Source: Candidatus Woesearchaeota archaeon (lineage in GTDB: Archaea > Nanobdellota > Nanobdellia > Pacearchaeales > GW2011-AR1). From it: a DNA stretch of 45,013 nt. A program made the translations under genes and the position numbers. The notes beneath the pieces were generated by a model, which saw only the letters and a list, made by a program, of their open reading frames with translations, did no database searches and was not told where the DNA came from. Shown piece after piece: positions 1-7,955 of this stretch (within the stretch, counting starts at the first letter, position 1; each line of letters opens with the position of its first letter). The stretch lies in the NCBI GenBank assembly GCA_964360985.1, contig CAYHYK010000001.1:1-45013 (forward strand). Reading direction: 5' to 3'.

Positions 1-76
1 TTAATTTCATAGAGCTGTCTATGACAGCCTTATGAAATAATTTCGGGATAACACACTATTGCACATCTACAAAATT

Positions 77-301
77 TTAGCAGTATCTCTTAAAAGAATG
101 TTCCTCACCCTTAAAATCCTTAACCTTATTGTCCCTGTCTATCAAATTTCCATGGAGTTTATCCAGTTCCATTTTAATGAAATTCTCAACTCTTTTGCTC
201 ATACTAATTCCATGTTTTTTACAGTACTCAGAATACTCTTCGTACAAAGCCTTATTTAAATTAAAAGTCTTTAGACTCTTTCCACCCTCTTTCTTAACCA
301 T
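77..301 (-). CDS. Ribbon-helix-helix (CopG/Arc-type) DNA-binding protein, 74 aa
   Basis: ORF track. The stretch 'KSLKTFNLNKALYEEYSEYCKKHGISMSKRVENFIKMEL' fits the strand-helix-helix pattern of RHH repressors. A perfect inverted repeat lies just upstream of the start. Confidence 0.45.
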   Translation of the reverse strand: MVKKEGGKSLKTFNLNKALYEEYSEYCKKHGISMSKRVENFIKMELDKLHGNLIDRDNKVKDFKGEEHSFKRYC

Positions 302-306
302 ATTCT

Positions 307-380
307 AAATAACATTAAATAACATTAATAAATCTTTTCACCCTCACTAGACTATTAAATAAAGTTATTTAATGTTATTT
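307..380. promoter_or_regulatory. Candidate operator: 17-bp perfect inverted repeat upstream of the RHH gene
   Basis: AAATAACATTAAATAAC (307..323) and its exact reverse complement GTTATTTAATGTTATTT (364..380). The left arm contains a tandem AAATAACATT. Confidence 0.4.
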
Positions 381-492
381 AAAAGAAAAGATTTAAAAGC
401 TAAATTTTACCCTTCCCGATATGGGAATTATAATTGGAAATGAGAAATGGCAACATAGATGGGATCCTTAAGGAATACCAGATAGTAAAATA

Positions 493-1281
493 ATGGCACT
501 ACATCCTGCAGTGAGCACATTTTTCATGTCTGAGTTAAAATTGTTCGACCAATATATGCACGATTTCAAAGATAGAAATACCAAACTAGATAATCAATTA
601 GAACAATTCAGAATTTGCGTTGCTGACCCTCTATATGGAGTAATATCTAGCAAAGCTAAAATAGGGGTAAGGTATGACAGAGAAATCTCTGCCAATGAAG
701 AAGTTACTAGACAAGCAAATGCAGTTTTAACGAGAGATGAATTAGATAATCAAGATATAGATTTGATTACTTCACAAAAAAGAGTCGCTGAAGAAATTTC
801 TGAAAAATATAGATCATTAAAGAAAGAACTCTATTCAAAGTTCGATGAAGTTAGCAGTCTTACAAAAACCTTGATTGATAATATATTAAGAGAAGACAGA
901 AAAAATGTAACTATCGCAACTGAAAGATCTAGGATGCAAAACCGAGATGTTCGTAATGACATCTATAGAAAGTCTGTAACAAAAGAAAACAGCTGGTTTT
1001 TAAGTTGGCCAGTTCACATATATAGTAAATATTTTATTGTAGGAAGGAAGAAACTTGAAGCACAGAGAAAGTACTATTTTGAAGCAAAGGAAATATATCC
1101 TGAATTAAAAAAAGAAATGATAACTATTGTGCTTCCAGGAAGTCTTGGTAAAGATGATTTTACTAAAAAAGTGTTCTTTGAGGAAATACTTCCTCAATGG
1201 CCAACAGTAGAAGAGATGCAAGTTGAGAATGAAAAAGTTTCCTCATTCTATATAAATAGATTGGAAGCTATTCTTACTTAA
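493..1281 (+). CDS. Hypothetical protein, charged and helical (262 aa)
   Basis: Long ATG-initiated ORF with no competing frame. No recognisable motif. Confidence 0.5.
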   Translation: MALHPAVSTFFMSELKLFDQYMHDFKDRNTKLDNQLEQFRICVADPLYGVISSKAKIGVRYDREISANEEVTRQANAVLTRDELDNQDIDLITSQKRVAEEISEKYRSLKKELYSKFDEVSSLTKTLIDNILREDRKNVTIATERSRMQNRDVRNDIYRKSVTKENSWFLSWPVHIYSKYFIVGRKKLEAQRKYYFEAKEIYPELKKEMITIVLPGSLGKDDFTKKVFFEEILPQWPTVEEMQVENEKVSSFYINRLEAILT

Positions 1282-1326
1282 ACGTTAAACCACAAACTTA
1301 AAAACCTTAACAATCCTACTTTTCTT

Positions 1327-2706
1327 ATGTTAGAAAAACTTTCAAACGTATTGAAAAAAACAACCGACAAAATAGCTAATGCTGTATTTCTTGATAAAAA
1401 CCTTGTAGATGAAATACTAAAAGACCTGCAAAGAGCATTAATAGAAGCAGACGTAAATGTAAAATTAGTTTCAGAATTAACCCAAAAAGTAAAAAAAGCA
1501 GCCCTAGATGAAAGAATCAAAGGCCTTGAAAAAAAAGAACATATAATAAAACTCTTGCATGAAGAACTCTTGTCAATACTAGGACAAAAAAGAGAAATAA
1601 AGTTGCAAAAAAGAAATGTATTTATGCTTGTGGGACTTTACGGAACCGGAAAAACAACAACGATCTCAAAACTAGCGGCATACTACGCCAAAAGAGGCCA
1701 CAAAGTTGCCGCAATAGGTCTAGACGTACATCGTCCAGCAGCTTCCGAACAATTAGAACAATTAGGTAGAAAATTAAACTTTCAAGTTTTTACTGATAAA
1801 AAAGAAAAAGACCCAATAAAAATATACTCTTCATTTAAAAATACTCTTGAAAAATATGATTTAGTTTTAGTAGACACTGCAGGTAGAGATGCTCTTGATA
1901 AAGACTTAATCTCAGAAATAAAATCACTTGATAAACTAATAGATCCAACTGAAACAATTCTGGTAATGCCTGCAGACATAGGTCAAGCTGCAAAAAATCA
2001 AGCTGAAAAATTCAAAGACACTCTTAGTATTACAGGAGTAATCATAACCAGAATGGACTCAACTGCCAAAGGAGGAGGTGCACTAACTGCATGTGCAGAG
2101 GTAAAAGCACCCATAATATTTATAGGGACAGGTGAAAAATCTTCAGATTTAGAAACATTTGATCCAGAATCATTCCTTTCTCGTCTTCTGGGTATGGGAG
2201 ACCTAAAAACTCTCATGGAAAAAATACACTCGGTAATCGATAAAGATGATATAGCAAAAACACAAAAAAATATGGAAGATGGGAAATTCACAATGGATGA
2301 CCTATACAGCCAATTAAAGAGTATGGAAGAAATTGGATCATTTGACAAAATTCTAGATCTTCTTCCAGGACTAGGAAAAGCAAAAGACAAAATTTCTAAA
2401 GAACAATTAGAACAACAACAAAACCAAACAAAAAGATTCGGTTACATAATTCAATCAATGACCAAAAATGAAAAAGAAAACCCAGAGATATTAGAAAAGC
2501 AAACTTCTAGAATATCAAGAATTGCAAAAGGTTCAGGAACCACAAGCAGAGAAGTTAGAGAATTGTTAGCTCAATACAATTTGTTAAAGTCATTTGTTAA
2601 AGGTGGTAAAGAATCAGATTTAACTTCCATTCAACAAGGAAAAATGCCATTTAGCCAAAAACAAATGAGGAAACTGGCTAAAAAATTCAAAGGAAAAATG
2701 TTCTAA
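1327..2706 (+). CDS. srp54: Signal recognition particle protein SRP54
   Basis: SRP GTPase motifs 'GLYGTGKTTT', 'DTAGR' and 'TRMD', followed by a Met/Lys-rich C-terminal M domain. A TATA-like CTTAAAAAC (1297..1305) lies about 26 nt upstream of the ATG. Confidence 0.95.
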   Translation: MLEKLSNVLKKTTDKIANAVFLDKNLVDEILKDLQRALIEADVNVKLVSELTQKVKKAALDERIKGLEKKEHIIKLLHEELLSILGQKREIKLQKRNVFMLVGLYGTGKTTTISKLAAYYAKRGHKVAAIGLDVHRPAASEQLEQLGRKLNFQVFTDKKEKDPIKIYSSFKNTLEKYDLVLVDTAGRDALDKDLISEIKSLDKLIDPTETILVMPADIGQAAKNQAEKFKDTLSITGVIITRMDSTAKGGGALTACAEVKAPIIFIGTGEKSSDLETFDPESFLSRLLGMGDLKTLMEKIHSVIDKDDIAKTQKNMEDGKFTMDDLYSQLKSMEEIGSFDKILDLLPGLGKAKDKISKEQLEQQQNQTKRFGYIIQSMTKNEKENPEILEKQTSRISRIAKGSGTTSREVRELLAQYNLLKSFVKGGKESDLTSIQQGKMPFSQKQMRKLAKKFKGKMF

Positions 2707-2750
2707 ATCAGTTCAATAAAACTTAAAAATGAAGTTTGTTTTTTCTGATA

Positions 2751-3428
2751 ATGGTGATGGCAAAATCTCTTGATGATTTATGTGCCTTTCTCTCACAATC
2801 TAAAACTGATTGGCCCATAGCTATCTCAGAACTTGAAAAACTCCCTATAAGTAAAATTAATTTAGAACAAATCCCAGGTCTACTTGCAGAGATCGTAGTA
2901 AGAAAAGCGATAACTGATGCTTCAAAACAAATAAGAGATTTAACGCCCGTTCCATCTCCGAAATATATTTCAGATAATTTACTTCTTTCACAAGATCCCG
3001 CTACTGGATATCTGATAAAAAACACTCTGCTGCATAAATTAGTTATGCAGATTGATTATATGTTCCACCTAGAAGAAAACTTAGTTCTAGTAGAAGTAAA
3101 ATCCGGAAAAAACGATGGAGGAAAAAGTTCACCTCTAAACAAATATCTAGATTCCTTGCACAGAAGAGTTAAAGTATTTCGTAAGTTGTATGATCCAAAA
3201 AAAATAGCAAATATTCTAGCAATTCCAGAAGAACAAGCAAAGGCAGAAAGTCTAAGAAAAAATACGTTCAAAGAAAGAGGAGGTAAAATAATTTATTTTT
3301 GTAAAAGCCGAGAAGCATTCCGTCAAGAAGCCAGTCAAGCACTAAAAGAATTCTCTCCTTCTCTAGCCAAGTCACTTATTTCCCTGAACAACTGCAATTA
3401 TTCCCCCAATCAAAGAGAATATATCTGA
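2751..3428 (+). CDS. Hypothetical protein with a possible PD-(D/E)xK nuclease core
   Basis: 'IDYMFHLEENLVLVEVKSGK' resembles a D...E-x-K restriction-endonuclease-fold motif. The start was moved to ATG 2751 because CTTAAAAA (2722..2729) is centred about 25 nt upstream; the track start at 2736 is TTG. Confidence 0.4.
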   Translation: MVMAKSLDDLCAFLSQSKTDWPIAISELEKLPISKINLEQIPGLLAEIVVRKAITDASKQIRDLTPVPSPKYISDNLLLSQDPATGYLIKNTLLHKLVMQIDYMFHLEENLVLVEVKSGKNDGGKSSPLNKYLDSLHRRVKVFRKLYDPKKIANILAIPEEQAKAESLRKNTFKERGGKIIYFCKSREAFRQEASQALKEFSPSLAKSLISLNNCNYSPNQREYI

Positions 3429-3713
3429 AACAAATAATCCTAATATTATTGCCATAATTCCCCCTCTAACAACCTTCTTTTTGTCCATCATAAGTCTCGA
3501 AGCATATATTTTTAGTATTCCACCTATTAAAAATAGAACAAAAAGACCTGCAAATATACCCATTACAAGTTCTAGTCTTATACCATTTCCAAGTTTATCA
3601 CTTAATCCAAGTAATCCTCCAAAAAAGATCATCATCAAAAGTATAACTCCTGCTACAACAAAGGTAAATATTGCACCTATTAAAGTAAGAATACTCCCCA
3701 CCCTCGATTTCAT
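3372..3713 (-). CDS. Small multi-pass membrane protein (113 aa)
   Basis: Three to four hydrophobic segments rich in G/I/L. Its 3' end overlaps the upstream plus-strand gene convergently. Confidence 0.5.
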   Translation of the reverse strand: MKSRVGSILTLIGAIFTFVVAGVILLMMIFFGGLLGLSDKLGNGIRLELVMGIFAGLFVLFLIGGILKIYASRLMMDKKKVVRGGIMAIILGLFVSDIFSLIGGIIAVVQGNK

Positions 3714-3763
3714 ATAAACCTTTAATATGGAAAATTTATAAATCTTTGTTTATATCTTCTTCT

Positions 3764-4177
3764 ATGATCAGTATACTCAAAAAATCAAAATACATCATTC
3801 TACTATTAATATTTCTAGCTAGTCTAACAAGTTCTCTATTACTTTCATCGGCCCCAGTTAATGAAATATGTGATGATTCAAACAAATGTGATATAGTTCA
3901 AAACTCTAAATACGCCTATACTCTAGGAATAAAAAATGCTAATTATGGAATGTTTATTTTCTCTTTTCTCTCCATAATTACCTTTCTTCACATAAGAAAA
4001 CCATCCAAGAACAAAAAAACAATAATATATTCAGGAATAATTATAGGTGCTATACTATCAATATATTTTCTATACATTCAGCATTTTATTCTTAAAACTT
4101 ATTGTAAATACTGTTTAATTGTAGATATAAGCCTTATAATCGCATTAATTTTAATTCTATTAACATGGAAAAAATAA
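3764..4177 (+). CDS. Vitamin K epoxide reductase (VKOR) family membrane thiol oxidoreductase
   Basis: Loop cysteines 'CDDSNKC' followed by 'SKYAYTLGIKNANYG', and a membrane-embedded 'CKYC' CxxC. ATG 3764 has TTTATAAA (3735..3742) about 25 nt upstream. Confidence 0.7.
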   Translation: MISILKKSKYIILLLIFLASLTSSLLLSSAPVNEICDDSNKCDIVQNSKYAYTLGIKNANYGMFIFSFLSIITFLHIRKPSKNKKTIIYSGIIIGAILSIYFLYIQHFILKTYCKYCLIVDISLIIALILILLTWKK

Positions 4178-4767
4178 TAGGGCAAGGAGCAGAAGCATTA
4201 ATAATTCTTAATAAGAACATTATAAAAAGAAGACAGAAGAAATCTTATCGTCTTGCAGAACTAGATGAAAAGATAAGAAGTCAAAGAACAAAAAAGGAAT
4301 TTAAATTACTTCAAAAAGCGTCAAAATATATCTCAACTCCTAGTGTTATAAAACTAAATGAAAAATCAAAAGAAATAGAAATGGAATTTATAGATGGACA
4401 GAAATTGTCAGAAAAATTAGATTCACTCCCAAACAAGATAAAGATATGTCAATTAATTGGAAATAGTATAGCAAAAATTCACGATCAAGACATAATCCAC
4501 GGCGATTTAACCACCTCGAACATGATCTACAAAGACAATAAAGTTTACTTTATTGATTTCGGCCTAGGTTTCACTTCAAAAAGAGATGAAGACAAAGCAG
4601 TAGATCTCCACCTAATAAAAGAAGCTTTAGAAGCAAAACATTTTTCCATTGCAGAAGAATGTTTCAAAGCAATAATAAAAGGATACTCCATTTCAAAAAA
4701 TCTTCAAAAAGTCCTAGAAAGGCTAAAAAAAGTAGAAGCTCGTGGTAGATATAAAAATCAATACTAG
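4165..4767 (+). CDS. bud32: KEOPS-complex Bud32 / Kae1-associated atypical kinase
   Basis: Small RIO-like kinase of 200 aa: 'GQGAEA', 'IHGDLTTSNMI', 'FIDFGLG', 'DKAVDLHL'. Confidence 0.85.
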   Translation: MEKIIGQGAEALIILNKNIIKRRQKKSYRLAELDEKIRSQRTKKEFKLLQKASKYISTPSVIKLNEKSKEIEMEFIDGQKLSEKLDSLPNKIKICQLIGNSIAKIHDQDIIHGDLTTSNMIYKDNKVYFIDFGLGFTSKRDEDKAVDLHLIKEALEAKHFSIAEECFKAIIKGYSISKNLQKVLERLKKVEARGRYKNQY

Positions 4768-4770
4768 TTA

Positions 4771-4855
4771 TATAGCAAAGGACACTAAAATTTCCTCTGT
4801 GCCTTTGCTATCAAGGGGAAGTCATAAAAAATGAGTATTTATGACTTTCACTATA
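4771..4855 (+). repeat. Copy 1 of an approximately 85-nt two-hairpin repeat element (possible sRNA or MITE)
   Basis: Near-identical to 6633..6720. Hairpin 1 is ATAGCAAAGG(A)CAC...GTGCCTTTGCTAT. Hairpin 2 is GGAAGTCATAAA...TTTATGACTTTC. Confidence 0.6.
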
Positions 4856-4915
4856 GATTCAATAGTTATTGAATTCAAAATATTGTTTAAATATACTAAT
4901 TCATGGTTTTATCAT

Positions 4916-5428
4916 GTGTCAAACAAAAACCTCAAACTAAGAATATTTCTACTAATTATAGGAGTTATAATAATTGCACTATTTATAAAATTTGGAAAAT
5001 TAACTCCTTTTAGTTCATTGCAGCAAAACGAAACCTTTCCAAACGAAATACCCTTTAAAACTCTAGTACAGGGTAAAAATTCAGAATTTATCCAAAATCA
5101 AACTCTAATAATAACAAACTCTATTGAACTGTCATCTATCTGGGAAAAAATGTTCCCCAGTCAAACAATTTCATCTACAACCCAATTCAATAAAAAAAAT
5201 ATAATTGCAGCATTTCAAGGACAAAAAACCCTATCAGGATACTCAATTGAAATTTATCAAATAATCCAGCATTCGGATTATGTGGAAATAACTGTAAAAG
5301 AAAAATCACCTGGAGAAAAATGTATAGTTGCAACACTTCTAACTTCACCCTATCATATTGTAGAAACTGATATAATAAAAAAAGAGATAAAATTCAAATC
5401 AATACAAGAAATAATAGAGTGCGAATAG
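4916..5428 (+). CDS. Membrane-anchored protein with a PrcB-C-terminal-like domain
   Basis: Signal anchor 'LRIFLLIIGVIIIALF'. 'AAFQGQKTLSGYSIEIYQI...VEITVKEKSPGEKCIVATLLTSPYHIVE' resembles the PrcB C-terminal domain. GTG 4916 is preferred because TTTAAATA (4886..4893) lies about 26 nt upstream. The track ATG at 4841 lies inside the repeat element. Confidence 0.45.
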   Translation: MSNKNLKLRIFLLIIGVIIIALFIKFGKLTPFSSLQQNETFPNEIPFKTLVQGKNSEFIQNQTLIITNSIELSSIWEKMFPSQTISSTTQFNKKNIIAAFQGQKTLSGYSIEIYQIIQHSDYVEITVKEKSPGEKCIVATLLTSPYHIVETDIIKKEIKFKSIQEIIECE

Positions 5429-5442
5429 TCTCCAACCTCAAA

Positions 5443-5450
5443 TTTTATAA
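5443..5450 (+). promoter_or_regulatory. TATA-like box for tRNA-Gln
   Basis: TTTTATAA is centred about 28 nt upstream of the mature tRNA 5' end. Confidence 0.4.
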
Positions 5451-5474
5451 ACCTTCCCAGTTCCATTATTTAGT

Positions 5475-5547
5475 AGCCCTGTAGTACAGTGGTCAAGTAT
5501 GCGGGCCTTTGGCGCCCGTGACCCAGGTTCGAATCCTGGCAGGGCTA
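5475..5547 (+). tRNA. tRNA-Gln (anticodon UUG)
   Basis: Manual cloverleaf: acceptor AGCCCTG/CAGGGCT, anticodon stem CGGGC/GCCCG, loop CTTTGGC, T arm CCAGG-TTCGAAT-CCTGG. It is a GC-rich island in AT-rich DNA. Confidence 0.9.
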
Positions 5548-5666
5548 TGAAACAAAAGGTTAGATAGATAGCTATATTAGAATTTCTTAGACTTTTTTAA
5601 TAATAATCAGTATAAATTAAATAAAAACTTAGAAACATTTATAATTTAATTTTTTCTTAATTATAA

Positions 5667-5984
5667 ATGAAAAAAGACAAATATTTTAGAGAAAGGGGCG
5701 GAACTGCTAAGATAATAAATGTTTCATGTGCTTCTTGTGGAAAATTAATATTTGTTTATCAGAAAGATGGTCCTGGATGGCTTAAAAGATGCTATCTTAA
5801 TAGGATTATTGAACCAGAAAAATATGCTCAAATGCAAAAAGACAAATCAATAAAAGAGTCAAATGATTTTAGTAATCTTAAGTGTAGCTGTGGTAACATT
5901 TTAGGTTCTCCAATGAAACACAAAGATGGAAGATTAGCTTTTCATCTCATTAGAGGTAAATTCAAACGTAGTATTCATAAATAG
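5667..5984 (+). CDS. Hypothetical zinc-ribbon protein (105 aa)
   Basis: Two Cys pairs, 'CASCGK' and 'CSCGN'. TTTATAAT (5638..5645) lies about 25 nt upstream of the ATG. Confidence 0.45.
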   Translation: MKKDKYFRERGGTAKIINVSCASCGKLIFVYQKDGPGWLKRCYLNRIIEPEKYAQMQKDKSIKESNDFSNLKCSCGNILGSPMKHKDGRLAFHLIRGKFKRSIHK

Positions 5985-6173
5985 AAATCATGATCCCAGG
6001 AAGAATCTAACCCTCGAAGCCCTAAAAATGAAAGAAATACGTATTACTATTCCCCGTTTTAAAAAAAAGCCTAATAAATAACTTTTAGTTATAAAGCGTA
6101 AGGGGCTATGATAGTCTAAAGACCATCTCAATTCCACAATAAAGATTAAATACAATTTAGCCTCTTCTAATAA

Positions 6174-6650
6174 ATGACAATTAAACTAATAAGAAAATTA
6201 AATTCAAGACAAAGAAGAGAAGCTCTTCTGCAAGCATCTAGACCGGAATACAAAACAAGAGAAAGTCTAGAAGATTACGTAAAAGAACAAATAAGAAATA
6301 CAATGAAAAAGCAAGAGAGAAGAATATATGATCAACTTACTTCAGAAGAATCAACAATATATTTTCATAATAGAGAGGATGCTAAAAACTATGTTAGAAG
6401 AGTTCTTGAAGGTGAAGAAACGTTAACTTCCACTTTTGTTAATGCAGTATCTCTCTCACTATATGTCAGTATAGAAAGATTTTACCCATTCAATAAAAAT
6501 TTGTCTGACAATGAATACCTCGAGTTGTATGAAATGACTACAGGACAAAACTCTTCTAATAAAAAAATTGAAGACATTAAAATTGCACTAGATGTTGAAT
6601 ATCACTTAGAAGTCCTTTTTCCTGCTTCAAATTATAGCAAAGGACGCTGA
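6174..6650 (+). CDS. Hypothetical protein (158 aa)
   Basis: ATG ORF with ATTAAATA (6145..6152) about 25 nt upstream. Its last codons run into repeat copy 2. Confidence 0.4.
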   Translation: MTIKLIRKLNSRQRREALLQASRPEYKTRESLEDYVKEQIRNTMKKQERRIYDQLTSEESTIYFHNREDAKNYVRRVLEGEETLTSTFVNAVSLSLYVSIERFYPFNKNLSDNEYLELYEMTTGQNSSNKKIEDIKIALDVEYHLEVLFPASNYSKGR

Positions 6651-6720
6651 AATTTTCCAAGTTGCGCCTTTGCTATCAAAGGGAAGCCATAGAAAAAAAA
6701 TACTTAGGGCTTTCACTATA
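6633..6720 (+). repeat. Copy 2 of the approximately 85-nt two-hairpin repeat element
   Basis: Aligns with 4771..4855. Both stems are kept through compensatory changes (CAC/GTG to CGC/GCG, and GTC/GAC to GCC/GGC). Confidence 0.6.
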
Positions 6721-6721
6721 A

Positions 6722-7924
6722 CTATAAAAATAGAGTTTCCTTTCCAATCAAATAAAGTAATACTATTGATAGAATTATATAAATTCCAATACTTACTCTA
6801 TTAATCCACTTATTATCTTCTTTTTTGAACAATATAAACAAACTAAACGGAACTAAATAATATCTCTGTTCTATAAGTAATGATGGAATCAAAAGCAAAA
6901 TAGAAAAAGGGTAAATCAAATAAAATTCTTTTCGTAATAATTTAACCACACACAAACTTAGTATAGAATAGGCAATAGGTAAAAACAATATAGATTTTAT
7001 TATATTTCCATCGTTAAAATACTGTAAAATTTCATTCCTTAGAAAATAATCCATTCCCAAAAAGTTATACGGATGAGCTACATTAAAGAACTTCATATAT
7101 ATAATAAATATCCCTGCAATAACTATCCACATAAATCTATTTCTTGACAAATACTCCTTTATCTTAAAGAAATTATATAAATTCAAAGGCAAAAACAAAA
7201 AGAAAAACAAGAAAAGAATAAAAAATATATTACCTAAGTAAAAACCGCCAGAATGCATTTCCTTATCTCCTAAAACAAAACCTTTATTTAAAATAAAGAA
7301 TATTAGACCTATAACTAACCCTAAAACCATAATTTTACATTTCTCTAATACTTCCAGTACATTCTTAAAATTATATTTATACCCATTCAATTTAACATAA
7401 ACTAAAAATAATGAAAATAAAATCCATATAACATTATTTTGTCTAACAAAAAAACTCATTATTCCCACTACTCCTGCCAGGTTATATCTATCCAGAAAAA
7501 TAAAATAAATCATTAACAAAACTAAAAACAAAGATAAAACATCAGTATATATCAAAAAGAAAAATGGAAAAAGAATAGGAAAAAAAGCATACTCTAAAGA
7601 CTTTCTAAAACTACTTATATTCTGTATTTTATAAGCTACTAATAAAAATAAAAAAATAGATCCAAGTCCGATTAAACTGTTAAAAAATCTTATTCCTTCT
7701 TCACTAGAAACATTAAAAATTTTGCTAAAAACAGATAAGCTATAATGATATCCAGGAATCACAGTAATTATATCATAAATTCTTAAATCTCCTTCATTAA
7801 ACCTCTTGATCTGTAAATAATGTACCTGTTCATCAACAAACAAACTCTTGTTTTTTATATATAAAAAAGAAAACATAAACATCGCCAAAACAAAACCAAA
7901 AAATAATAACTTACGCCTGTCCAT
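6722..7924 (-). CDS. GT-C fold membrane glycosyltransferase, ALG10/DIE2-like
   Basis: Around 11 hydrophobic segments. The N-terminal loop 'FVDEQVHYLQIKRFNEGDL...ITVIPGYHY' resembles the ALG10 signature (DE-x-FH-x-xQ...W...ITT-PG-Y). Confidence 0.5.
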   Translation of the reverse strand: MDRRKLLFFGFVLAMFMFSFLYIKNKSLFVDEQVHYLQIKRFNEGDLRIYDIITVIPGYHYSLSVFSKIFNVSSEEGIRFFNSLIGLGSIFLFLLVAYKIQNISSFRKSLEYAFFPILFPFFFLIYTDVLSLFLVLLMIYFIFLDRYNLAGVVGIMSFFVRQNNVIWILFSLFLVYVKLNGYKYNFKNVLEVLEKCKIMVLGLVIGLIFFILNKGFVLGDKEMHSGGFYLGNIFFILFLFFFLFLPLNLYNFFKIKEYLSRNRFMWIVIAGIFIIYMKFFNVAHPYNFLGMDYFLRNEILQYFNDGNIIKSILFLPIAYSILSLCVVKLLRKEFYLIYPFSILLLIPSLLIEQRYYLVPFSLFILFKKEDNKWINRVSIGIYIILSIVLLYLIGKETLFL

Positions 7925-7955
7925 AGAACTAAAGACTATTCAAAATTAATAAACC

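Noticed and set aside
1278-2390. Minus-strand ORFs inside SRP54 (1278..1520, 1782..1979, 1998..2390), and similar antisense or alternate-frame ORFs inside well-supported genes. Examples are 59..259, 2723..3025, 3056..3271, 3481..3717, 8570..8929, 10460..10732, 11159..11362, 12185..12391, 12401..12757, 14994..15275, 25195..25422, 26361..26575, 27128..27322, 27991..28200, 33489..33797, 35968..36465, 37822..38055, 41780..42235, 42280..42492, 43553..43774, 44064..44249 and 44543..44788.
   Set aside because: They overlap genes with clear conserved motifs, have low-complexity Ser/Phe/Leu-rich translations typical of AT-rich antisense frames, and lack the -25 TATA spacing.
4771-4855. Classifying the two-hairpin repeat as a C/D-box or H/ACA guide sRNA (Nop10 is encoded nearby).
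   Set aside because: No conserved RUGAUGA/CUGA boxes are shared by both copies, and no ACA/ANA trinucleotide sits at the expected distance 3' of either hairpin.
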